The notes beneath the pieces are model-generated. The model saw nothing but the letters and a program-made list of their open reading frames with translations. It did not search any database and had not been told where the DNA came from. Of a DNA stretch of 64,000 nucleotides, positions 21,701 to 33,871 are shown one piece after another. A program made the position numbers and the translations under genes. Positions within the stretch are counted from its first letter, which is position 1, and every line of letters begins with the position of its first letter. Source of the DNA: Tubulanus polymorphus (Eukaryota; Animalia; Nemertea). The DNA lies in the NCBI RefSeq assembly GCF_964204645.1, contig NC_134030.1, positions 10,125,847-10,189,846 of the forward strand. The letters run 5' to 3'.

Positions 21701-24700
21701 TTCGTTTTCAAATTAAAGGTTCCGTGCGATAAAGAATATGTATATATCACCATGATGGAACCCTACGCACACCCTAAAGGCATATGCAGTTGTATCAACG
21801 TATACATCTCAACGACCAATATTGTATTTATTGGCAGGGCATTCGGTAGCGGAGTGCAGAGGTGCATGTTTTTATATAGTTTTGTTATATTTTCTTAACG
21901 TGTGCTGGGGGGAAATAAGTTAATTTATTCACATCTCGTTTATGCGCCTCATGACATACAGCGCGTACACCGGTACACATTCGGCGTGTAACGGTAAGTA
22001 CGGCGGAACCTCGTTCGTACGAATCTTGTGGTCAAAAGTGAAATTTTCGTGTCAAATAGGTTTCGTATTATCCGAAGCTTAATTCATACGAATATGTTAG
22101 CCGGAAAATGCTGGAGATCATCGTAATAAACTGGTTTCGTCATTATCAGAATCGTATTAACGAGGTTCAACTGTAGTACTAACTGTCATGGCGGCGGTGT
22201 ATGGCTTCTAACTAGTTTATACATACGTATTTCGCTACTGTCTTGTATTTCTTCGACGAAAGCGAAATTAAGATCGTACGAGGATATGGAGAAATAAACG
22301 ATAGTGAGTAAGAATTATCTCGATCGATATATTGTACGTTTTTCAAACATATCCTCAGCGTCAGACATTTATTTACAAGTCTCTAATACCGGGTAGGTTT
22401 TTTTATTGAACAGGATTTAGCCCTTGTTGGTTGCCGAATTATTAGTTCACCTTGTAATTTCTTTTTATGTGCATGATAAGCGATTATTAGTCAACATTGG
22501 GTCCAAGTAAGAATTTTTATACTTGGTAACTCTTGGTGATTTATGGAGGGCAATACTAATGAGTTTTTAATCTTAAGATAGGTATTGACCCTGTTATTTA
22601 TTCGATTTCGTTTGATTTGTTATGATTTAGCATCCCTTACAAACCCACCAAACTTGCTGGGAGCAAAGGGGTTTGATTTTGAAATCGGAAATCGAAGTAC
22701 AGATATAGTGGTGTGTGATCGGTGGTCTAATCTTTTTTAAATCGAAGTACATAATTGGAAATTTCGGATTCGGTTCATTCGAAGTTAATTTTGTGTTGGC
22801 TGCCTTATTTAATACATCGAGATTTTAGAAATAATTACCATACTATACAAGATTGAAAATCATTTTAGTCAATTGATATATTTTTTGTCGTTTTCCACTA
22901 ATGCCTTTTTCAGGAGGATACCAAATTATATGAAATATCAACTCGTCGCAATCATTGTTGCGTTAATGAGTAAAAATATATTCCAGCGAAGGTTGGTTTT
23001 GGTAACCACCGTTTGCTTCACTTTCAATTTCGAATATCGTAACCTCATAAGTATAAATCTTGTGGCCAAAAGTGAAATTGTCGTTCGGGTTTAGTACTAT
23101 CCAAAGCTTGATTGATATAAATATCTTTGATTTTATTGTAATAAGGATTGACCCTGTTATTCATTCGATTTCTAGATTTCGTTTGATTTCGTCATTTGGA
23201 GTCCCTTACAAAAGCACCACATCTACCGGGAACGAAACAGGGGGTTTGATTTTGAAATCGAAGTACATAGTTGTGTGATCGGTGGTCGAGTTTGCTGATT
23301 TTTTTCTGTTTAATCGAAGCATAATTGGAAATATGTAAGCTGCGACATGTTGGAGATGATCGTAATAAGCGGTTTTCATCTTAAACATTATCGTAGTAAC
23401 GAGGTTCAACTGCTTGTAAGACAATTGGGCGCATAACCTGACAGATCATTTCACTCCGCGCATGCTTGACGTCGGTGTAACTTTTGTTTATCGACAGGTT
23501 CAATTAGATATGCGTGAATAATCGAGGCGAAATTCTATATAAAGGATGAGTTTTTACAAATGGATGTTTTGCGTTCCCAGTTTGCCTCCCTCAATTGGGA
23601 TAACTTGTCGATATTTCGGTTAAGGTATTGTTCAGCGTTTTAGACTATTCGCCGCGCTTGTACGCTTTGCGATATCAGTTTCTGACACATATGAAGGGTC
23701 ATCGTCGTTTCGAAATTTTTTTTTTCACTCGAAAAAAAACTTCAATTGAAAAACTACTTGTAGCCGTCAATCAAATCCGGTGCCATGGTTACTGACCACT
23801 TCATCGGCCACGTGACTGCGCCAGGGCGTTGGCTACGTTTCGTATACGGATACATATATTTTTCAACAATAGTATATAGATTATTCCGCAAACAACGTTC
23901 GAGCTTCGGCAATAGGCGGCCCACTTGAACGGGAAAAATAATGGAAAGCATATCTGCACGTACTTGAAAATATGAAACTATCGTTGTGCACAGCTTTAAC
24001 ATTCAAACACAACTTTCCCAGGGCAATCGACCAACTCTGTTGCGTTCAGCGAACATGGAGGACCCAGGTCAGAGTAAGTGTTTTAAGAATTCGAAAGGTA
24101 ACGCGACTTGGCTAATTCATTACCTCTTACTGTTTCTCTAAATGGGGCTTTTGAAGAAGAACTTCTTCGAGTAATTCGCTCATCGCTTGACGATCTATTG
24201 TTATATTTGCCGCAAAATCAGCCCGCTGATGACGCGTCCCCGCGACGCCGGCGACCAATCAACGCCCGAAAAGGAATCGGGCTTACTTTATTTTCAGGCC
24301 GCCCGATCCGGATGTCTTATAAAGTCCTGATGGCAATGACGGCGCGATCAGACGACCGTATTCGACGATCGAAAACCCAAACGTGCGCGGGCAGAAATAC
24401 ATAGCCGACATACCCGCCATCAGTCACTATGCGTATCTACACCAACCCAGGTAAGTATAATTAATACTTTTGTTAATTTACTTCTCAATTATAATTTTTC
24501 TTGTTAAGTTACCGGTTTGAACTTTGTTTTTCATATTGCTGCTGTTCTCTTTTATCTCTTGAGTTTGTTTGTCGTGTTTTGTATTTTGAAGTTTGAAGGT
24601 ATTTTTCCCTGTTCGGCAATGCGGTGTTTAACATAATTATATACAGTAATATCGACGTAGATATGAAATATGCCGAAGTGATATAGATTATAATACGGAG

Positions 24701-27700
24701 CAAAATAATATATGCGTATTCGTGCAAGTGCGAGCGGGAATTGATTTTGTATATGATGACATTGCTGCGTTCCGTCTGCAGACGAGCCCACGTCGTGTCG
24801 AGCTAACACGTCACTGATGACGAATGACGCCGCTTACGAGATGGATTCCTGTCGGTGGAACTTGCCGCAGGTGGATTCCTGTCGGACTTAGAAGATCCGG
24901 GACCCAGTTCCATAGGGTTGTGAGTTTAGCCTTGACAAACACGCGTTGAGCTCTACTATAGCTGCTGGCACGGGCATTAAGATTTTATTCTCTTCTAAAG
25001 GTTCAAACGTTGAAAAACGTGCTTCGATTTTGCATCAGAATGATCTTCATTTCTGAGAGTTATCAGTTTTGATATTCCTCGTTAATGACCATAATATCTA
25101 TTTTTCATTTCGATTATAACAGATAGAAACATATATTTTAGATACTTACATCTTAAGATCCGATATCATTTAGGATGCCTGAATATACAAAATGTCGCGG
25201 TTGTTTATGTCAAAGGGTGATATCTTTATTCCGATTACGATTAGTATAGTCACGACTTAAAATGAGTTATGTGCCTGGTTAACTAGCGTAACATACGTTT
25301 CCATACGTTTTTTTTTTAATGACCCAGCAAATTAAATTTCGTACTGTCAACGTTGTCGCTTAACGGGTAGCTAAATTGCTAAAATACCAGATTGATAGAA
25401 AGTCATCGGAACTGTCGAAATAACAATATTCTTTCAGTAAGTGACGATTATCTAAATTGCTGAAATACCAAATAGATAGTCTTCGGAACTATTCTTCCAG
25501 CAAGTAACTTTTTTCGTTCGGGAAAACCCATCGGGAAATAGTAATGCGTAATTCCTTGAAGCATAAATAGAACGATGCTTACTCGTTGTACCGCTTATCA
25601 AGAACACCCACACACGATAACGGCAATGTTAGTGGAATTTCAAATGATTTCATACGGTGTTTCGGTGAGTGTTAATGCATGATAAACGCGAACTTGGGCG
25701 TGGTTATGAGTAGGGTATAGGTGTTTTTAATTAATCGTGACGGTTCCTAAGACGAATTCACTTCAGTTACATTCAAATCAAAGAGAGAAGATTTTGTAGA
25801 TTGATATCGGATACTGGCCCGTTCCCACGGTCTTCATTTTTTCTATAGTTCACTTTATGTATTTTTTAGTTCGCGACTTTCTCTGAGGATATGGCAACAC
25901 TATACACCCGCGCACAAAATGAAGAGGTACTCCATAGGTTTCGATCAGTTGTATGTGGGCCAATAAGGTTTCGAGGGCACCTAATAATACGCATGATTCA
26001 AATTCTTCGATAGCGAACTCATTCATACAGCGCGCGGGGTTTTGGCTCGTTCCGAATTTGAAAGTTGATTTTTATTCCACTCCGAGTCGTTTTTATTTTC
26101 CTATTTGAAGTTGATTGATTGATTGCCGTTTTCATGAGGTTATCGCTATAAAGTTAACGGGACAGTCCTGATCAATTATTTGATTTTCAGCGAATTTTTC
26201 AGACTGCTGGTAGGCTATATCAACACAACCTAAATTATACATACATGTACATACGATATAATTGTATTATGCGATAAACCGAGACGCCTTCAACGGTAGA
26301 TTGATCGTCACTTTGCACTTGGAAGTTCAAATTTTGATTTAAAAGAATCACAATTCAGATGTAAGCACCGCCGCGGCGGTGAAAGTCGACGAAATGAAAG
26401 GTACGTTCAAAGGTTCTCTCAGTAAAGATTTCGTATCGTGATTTTCGTTCTGGGACAATTTCGAATATGATATGGATTGTTTGCCACCGATCCCGGGAAA
26501 TCGGACGGTCCAGGGGCGGATCTAGCCTAGGTTTCCGAGGTCTTCTCAGCTGTGGAAGGGCACATATATCATAGAATATCTGTCAATTTGGGGCATCGAA
26601 TCCTTCTCTGTATCCAGAAAACTTTAACCTGTTAAGGAAAATTATTCATAAAAAATTTGACGTTTATCGATTTTCGATTATTCAAATTGGCCATTTTCAA
26701 TTGATTCTACCAGAACTTGCAGAATAGAAGGGCACTTCTACACCAGTATACTTCCAGCAGTCTGGGTCCACCCTGTGGTCAGATCGCCGGGTCATTCCTG
26801 CGATAGCATCTCTATCTTCAGTAACAGATAAATAAGATAAAACCCACTATATCCAGATTAAAAAGGTTTTAAAATAAAATTTATTCGATCAGAAATTAAT
26901 CGAAAAGACACTAGAGATCATCGTCATGTTTGTCGTCGTTTTTCACTTATCGTACCAATTACATTCTAAATTCTATTAATTTGATTTTATCATATGCAAT
27001 ATATGTGTAAAAAGGTTTGGGCTCATACACGACGCCGCCGATCGGGTCGGTTATTTCAAATATTTGAGTATTTCCGATTTGAGCAATGAAATTTTTAAAA
27101 CTAACAATATACTCCGCGACTTCGGGGATCTTTTCAAATATCATGCCACGCCGATGCATATGGGCTGTCGCGTCGATTGAGGCGGTTGTTGTCCCAAATA
27201 TACGAAGGTAGGTGTCACTTGTATTTGCGTTGATAATACGCCGGTATGCCGGTGTGTGTGTGTGTGTGTATGAGAGAGTGTGTAGGTTTTGGAGATAAGG
27301 GGGCTGGGTAAACATACGCAACCAGACGTCGTTGCCGTACACCATACGCATAGAACGTACTGCGGCCTGTGCAGTAAGCGTTTTCGAGCCGGCCGATACA
27401 CGCGGCGCGCCATGCTGTTAAAAAATCATTCGGGAAAACAAATCGGAAGAATCTGTATTTAAGTATAGCGTAGATCTTCGATCGTGAGCGAGTACAGGAA
27501 TTGGATACCGAGAGTCTGGATGACCACGTGTCGGCAAGTTTGGTGTGGCCACGCTATAGTGGTGGTAGCCTATAACCTCTGGAGCGATAGAAACCGTTCG
27601 AAAACAACGGCCTAAAAAGTCGTACGTAAAAAGTCCAGTGTATGGGTTCTTATTTAGTATTTACACGTAACATCTACAAACCGAAATAGTGTGAATATGT

Positions 27701-30230
27701 ATACAGTAGACTTCGCTGAAGGCGGATCTTTTGGGACGTAAGTGTCCCCGGGTAAGTGTCCGACTTCAGAGTGACATCGGAGTTGGAGGATGTTATGTAT
27801 TTCATATAAGTGTCACCAAAAATACTTCATAAAATATCCGAGTTGATCGGATCCGACTCGGGCGGAAAGTCTGGCGTGTTTTTGTATTTGTTCAATTATA
27901 TATTATCAAATACCTTTTTCAGCTAAGATATCAACCGCATTTGAAAAGAATATACATTATCGATGTTGCCGTGCGCCGCGCGGGTAGGATATATCTGTCT
28001 AGTAATCAAGGGAGCATTCTTTCGACAGTCGAGACAAAAAACTGAACTGTCATGGAGTTGCTCTCTTTATCATCTAGGCATCTCATTCTTCAAACCTTCG
28101 CTTAGGTGGTGCTGTATGCAGAGGCGGATCTATGGAAATTGAAAGGCGCGCGCCGGGATCCATGAGAAGAGGGTGGATCCAGAGCTTATATTGAGGGGCA
28201 GCATCCGATGAAAAGGGCAACATTAAAAAGAGGCACTAAATCCACTAGTAGCGTAAAGTGGTCTGGTTGCCCTTCTCCGCGAACATTTAGAAAATAAGCC
28301 CTGCAGGTGCTATTTCCGAGGATTTGAGCTTGTTTCAACCAAAGAAAAATACCTTAGGAGCCTTAAGACGTCCTCAGATGGTGCCGAATTTTTGACAGAA
28401 AAGATTTTCGGGGGCCAACTGAAAATCTAGAGGGTAGCGCGTGCCCCAAGTGCTACGCCCTTGATCCGCGCCTAAATAGGAGAGGTATTTTTCACGGATA
28501 AAGTATTAACCATGTCATGAGGAAGGGTACTATAAAGGGGTCAGAATAATCGAGTTTTCGAGAGGATAAGTGCCAAATCCGCACCGGGTTTTGACTATCT
28601 ACATCTTGACAAAAAGGGCACCCTCAATGGGAATTCAGGGGTCCTGACCCCCGAGACCACCCCCTAAGTGTGACGTTGCGTCATTGAGATATATATTTTG
28701 CCGGATTATTTTTGAAGGGAATATTGTGCCATAAAATTGCAATCGTTTGTGGATGTAGTACGGTCGTTTGTTTAATTTCGTTTTGCACTACTCATAGGTG
28801 TGTCGTGTACACATTTGATATAAGATACGCGCCCTTCCGCTAAAGAAATTAATTCGATTTACGGGCAAAACACTAACACCCCAACATTTTTTCAGAAAAC
28901 GTATTTGCTCGATCTAACTCACATTCGATGAAAAAACCGTTCTTCACCACGCCAAATCAGTCATAACGCCATATTTTATCGGTCCCAACGGTGGCATTTC
29001 AAAGGACTTAACTAAAACAGGGTGGATCACGTGACTGTGAGGTACCCCACCCTACCAGTGAGATATCCTAAATTCGCCACTGAATTTTACTGCATGAAGC
29101 CGACTCTCAAATGAGATTGTCGTTGTTAAGGACTTTTTGGCCGTTGTTCTAACCATAACCTACTGATTGAAACAGGAAGATACGAAAATATTCCCCGGAA
29201 TGAACGACTTTGTACAAAATGTAACCTAGGAAGAATAGCGACGAATACTATTTCATAATGGAATGTACTTTTTTCGAAAGTTTAAGAAGTCGGTACATAC
29301 GGCAACAACTAGTAAATTTCCCTAACTCCAAATTCATGAATCTTTTTACATCACAAGACCCAAACATCTTAAGGAAGCTAGAGCAGTATTTATAAAAAAA
29401 GGCACACCGCCTCATCAAGCCATCGCTGTGCACACACGTCTTAATTGCGTGTATAATATGTACGAACTTTATAGAAGAAAAAACTGTTACTGTATATTGC
29501 AAACGTAACTGGAGTAACTGCATTTGTATAACTGTAAACTGTTTATTTTTTTGTATCCTGTGCTCGAACGAAAAAATTGTATAATTTCTGGAACAATAAA
29601 TTAAATTAAATCTAAATCTGGCGGTATTTAAAATGCATTCGGTCGACTCTCAAACGAGATAGGCGTCGTTATTGAATAAAATATTAAACGTTCTTTCGAT
29701 TGTAAATTACTTACCGAATTCGGTGAGGACTACTTCGATATAAATACCTTTCGGAACTAAGATGTATTAAAAAATCCGACTTTAAATTTGGCTAAATTTA
29801 TCAAAATAGGTCTGGATGTATATAAATCAAACTGGTAGTATATATGTATTGTAAATATGTATTGTATAAAGTATATGTATGTTTGAGCCCAATTTAAAGT
29901 TTTTAAAAGCTTTTATTGCCGTTTATGTAATTAATTGTAAATACATGTAATTGTTTTTCCTCAATGGTTGGAGTGTAATCAATATTCGTATTCGTATTCG
30001 TACTCTATCATCGCACAAATCACATTTTCTATAGACAGATTTTTATTTCTTTTCCCTAATATACATAATATATGAATAAATAGATTAAGCGGACATCATT
30101 ATTTAACATTAATACTCAATTAGTATTTCCCGAGTTATTACGCAAAATGGATACAGCATCGTTTCAATTAAACAATTATTAAAATTCAGAAAATGAATTC
30201 GATGATTTTCGCGTGCGCGCGTCTATATAT

Positions 30231-32893
30231 TTAGAACAGCGTAAATTCGCGATTGGTTAAACTCATTTCGTCCACAAATCTGCAATAAAAAGGAGAATGG
30301 AAAAAATGAAAATGTGCTATGAACAGCGGTTTGTCAAAGATTGTTTAACGTCAACAGGTGTTAACACTATATAATACCACTGTACTACCATATAATGGTA
30401 GTACAGTATAGTACGATATAATTCATTCCATTTTATTTACTCAAACTGGTCTGATGGGAAATTCAATTATTCAAAAATTTACACCATAGGCTAGACGTAA
30501 TGTAGAACTTAAGACTGGTAAAATATTACTTTCACAACATTAGCAGTTGATGTCCGCTTAGCAAAATGTGAGGTAAATGGGGTTTTTGCCAGAAGAGATC
30601 GTGCGAGTACATTCAATTTCCAGATTTCAATTCGTATGTTTAATCGGTAGATTTATCTAGATACGAAATTAAAGTATTAAGAATAATGATAATCTGAAAA
30701 TTTGTGTATCGCCTGTTTCATTTAGGCTAAATAAAAAATTGATACCTTGTTTCTCCGCTCTGCTGAGCTTAAATGTTGACTCGGCCGGCCGCCTATCTAC
30801 GCTATACATTACTTTTTTTAAAATCGTGATCAATTTTACCATAACAGACCCGGCCGCTATAGACATGAACTGTTTATAAATCTTATCATATTTTACAAAA
30901 ATGACCCGGCCGCTGCGGAGAAACAAGGTATCATTTTTGTTTAGCCTTAGATTCAATGTTCACAAGTGCTTTATGGATGTTTCTAAAATTGTTTCTAAAA
31001 CCCATACGCTTTACATAAAAGCTGGTGTTTCGGACTGTTTTAATGTGTTCAGATCATCAAATCTCTGAATCCAAAAAAGAGTTCCAATAAGATGAGGCAA
31101 TATGTTGGAGACAACGTCCACCAAATAGTTTAAGACAGTCAGAGTGATGTGGGGACAAGAATATTGCCAGAACTGGATCGCAGTGGACGAGCTGGTACAT
31201 ATGGAACTATCTTAAAATCCTGTAACCAATAAGGAGCCAAATTGTTTAGACACTTCAACTCAAGAAGGATAATTGTGAATTTGATTTGCTGTTGCACAGG
31301 GAGCCAGTGAAGGGAAACCAACACTGGTGTAATGCGTTCGCCTGTTATTCATTTATCAAACTCATATATTTATTCAAGTTCAGTGTTTATCGGAAAAATA
31401 ACATTTATTACACATGTACTGGTATACGGGTTAGTTATCTATTGAATTTTGATGAATAGGCTACACTTGATCTTTAAGTATTGACTAAAACAATGGTTCA
31501 ATCATGATAAATTACAGTCCTGGGCCCAGTTCCACAGTTGTGAGTTAAGATTTGAGTTTAAACATTGAAAAAGAACTAATTTTTACTCAGAGTTAACTCT
31601 AATTCACAACTGTGGACCTTGATTCTGGGGCCAGTTGCTCAACGGTTACTTAGAAATAACGAGCGGATAAATGCCATAGTAACAATGAACTTTTAATTGT
31701 CACTTTGTCAACTATCCACTGGTTAACTCTAACCAACTTTTCAGCAACTGGCTCCAGATCGTCCACATAAATAAGAATATATTTTTACCTCGTCATTTCG
31801 CTGTTGACATGCACATGTCTGCGTACGTACGTCCAGGGCTGTTTTTCCTGAATCGGGCTTTCTTTCGTCCACCAGCCGTATTTTTGCGATGTAATAACAG
31901 GCGTTCGGTACAAATCAACCGGACCTGAACAAGAAAGGAATTCGATTTCGACGTGATATATAGGCTATATAATAAAAATCTGAATCCGTGAACAACTGCG
32001 ATTCGTCACCCGTACTGGATTTTCAAAGTTTTATTGGTACTCTCAAATTGAGCCAATCCATGATCGGACCATGGGGTGCACTCCATTCGATCGGGGTAGA
32101 ATCACCGAAGTCTCTGTATACATCCTATAGATCACTTCAGCTCTTTGTTGAGAGATTTTATTTTGAAATCTGTTTTTGTCTGAATTTATATTTTTCATAA
32201 TGTTCTCTAAACTAGGCCTGCTATATTTCATCTAGGGCTCTATTACACCACAGCTGACCCGATGATATTTCAATAACCGTTCAAAGCAAAGCTACTTAGC
32301 TATGTTACGTAAATTCTGGTCTTCAAGTGGGGGTCAATTTTGCAGCCACGAATGAGCCTCTCCCCTGAACTTGCGCTGGGATGCCGCATTTCACCAAAAT
32401 GGAGGGAACCCTCTTTACTCGAGTTCCATTCACCAAGAACCTTAGTATCAGATGTACCACAGTCAGTTACACTAGGATCGTAGAGCGACGGAGATCTCTG
32501 TGGAGACAACCACTGCCAGGGCTGGGACCACGGTGAAAAGTTCTGCTGCGGCTGTGGCGTGCTGACTGCCCTTGCCACTTGCAATCGATAAATCAAGAAA
32601 ACCCTACCTTCAGGACATCGTATATGTTTCGTTCTCATTCTAGTGAGTTCTACATGCGATCCCTGCGGTCCTTCTCCGTAAGATGAGATCTGATCAATCG
32701 GAACTACAGACGGTCGTCTCGGTTCTACTCCGGTTTGCGGTCGTTTGATCGGAGGAAGTTTTTGTAATTGTTTGTAGTGTAAAGTGTAATTGCCTGCCGA
32801 TAATGCCCGCTCGTTCGGTGTGAAACCGGGGTATTTCAAACCTTCCCGTAAAGTATTCTGATACCCGAACTGTGACAAACCGAAAAACGACAT
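30231..32893 (-). CDS. TEX49: Testis-expressed 49 / sperm microtubule inner protein 11 homolog (156 aa); exons 32893-32608, 31924-31789, 30279-30231
   Basis: Splices to MSFFGLSQFGYQN...KLPPIK...GSHVELTRMRTKHIRCPEG|PVDLYRTPVITSQKYGWWTKE...PWTYVRRHVHVNSEMTR|FVDEMSLTNREFTLF*. This matches recalled TEX49 motifs (MAFF..LGYQN, LPPI, WW, PW..RH..SxMTRFxD...FxL). Introns are GT-AG; CDS is 471 nt. Confidence 0.9.
30722..30950. mobile_element. ~230-bp MITE (AGGCT...TTGATACCTTGTTT TIR); copies ~19520-19730 (inverted), ~48472-48692, partial ~62815-62890
   Basis: Shared core ccataacagacccggc.gctatag.atgaactg...tgacccggccgctgcggaga.acaaggt.tcatttt. Confidence 0.8.
30960..31345 (-). mobile_element. 3' remnant of L2/CR1-group LINE ORF2 in TEX49 intron 2
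   Basis: ITPVLVSLHWLPVQQQIKFTIILLELKCLNNLAPYWLQD...PARPLRSS fits the typical ITPxLxxLHWLPVxxRIxFK...LAPxYL...LRSS end of ORF2. Confidence 0.85.
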
Positions 32894-32947
32894 CTTTCAC
32901 GTCGTTTTGTAGGGATTTTAGCGGATTTTATGTGTAAAATTCTTCAA

Positions 32948-32967
32948 GTTGCTAAGCAGTTGTTTAC
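32948..32967. promoter_or_regulatory. X-box-like GTTGCTAAGCAGT adjoining forkhead site TGTTTAC, 55 bp upstream of the TEX49 ATG
   Basis: Motif match. RFX plus FOXJ1 control of motile-cilia genes is established, and TEX49 is an axonemal microtubule inner protein. Confidence 0.55.
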
Positions 32968-33748
32968 TTCCTGGTTGACCGCCGCGACATCGAGCGGTTA
33001 GTCGTGGTACTACTACATGATTGCGCGGAGATGTCGAATCCCACAAATCCGTTTTCATGGACGCACTCTTTTCTATGAGAATACATGCGAAATTGATTTA
33101 AAAATTGACAGTTAAAGTATATTTCAATGATCTAACGAAGCTGTTCACGGGAACCACGAATTCTCGACGGATAGCGTCATGGTCATGAACGACTGTAGCG
33201 CAAATCATTAAAAGACCAGACCCGGACCGTACCGATTATCAGCAGGGAAGTTTAGGATTTTCCCAATAAACTAGTGAAATCTATCCAGACGAGTGGTTTG
33301 CCGGTTTAACCAAAACCGAATGGAGAACATTGTGCAAACAAAACTGTTCTCTTTATGTCCCATCCAGTATTTCAATGCGTCAAAAGAATTTGACAATCCC
33401 CCTGACATTTTAAATCTCGGTTTTAAATCATCCTTGCTAAAAACAGCCCTTAATTTGATTACACAACAAAATTCAACAAAATACTTCATATACGCATCAA
33501 AAATGACATTATCATCGTTTTGAAATACCGTGAAGAAATATAGTTCAGAACTCGTAATGAAATGTAATTATGTATTTAGGCCCTGTTGTAAAGATTATTA
33601 TCTAGTTAATATCCAAGTTTTGTACTTTAGTTCGATAGAAAAGATAATTTGGGGAATTTACCAGGGGGATTTTTCCTTGTGGGTACCGGGGGCTATTGCG
33701 TACAACAGTGTTTTAATTTTTGATTTCAAACAGTGGAAATATCGACTA

Positions 33749-33841
33749 TATCAAAATAGGACATTGTTTCTCAAAATAGCATATCGAAATAGGACATTGT
33801 TTCTCAAAATAGCATATCAAAACAGGACATTGTTTCTCAAT
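33749..33841. repeat. 33-bp tandem repeat, ~3 copies
   Basis: tatc(a/g)aaa(t/c)aggacattgtttctcaaaatagca repeated about three times. Confidence 0.9.
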
Positions 33842-33857
33842 TGAGGCTATTTTGTCG

Positions 33858-33871
33858 GTTGTCTAGGCAAC
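33858..33871. promoter_or_regulatory. RFX X-box
   Basis: GTTGTCTAGGCAAC, a near-palindromic 14-mer. It lies between TEX49 and a candidate plus-strand 5'UTR exon ending CAGAAG|GTAGGT at 34227. Confidence 0.6.

Noticed and set aside
24220-24284. Hammerhead-like AGCCCG-CTGATGA...GAAA...CGGGCT
   Set aside because: Stem I register is incompatible with an NUH site, and stems II/III do not close the core. Better explained as promoter motifs.
26959-27413. 130-aa and 90-aa minus-strand ORFs
   Set aside because: They span a (TG)n repeat, show no recognisable domain and have no splice context.
33749-33841. CRISPR-like array
   Set aside because: Contiguous 33-bp tandem units without spacers, in eukaryotic DNA with no cas genes.
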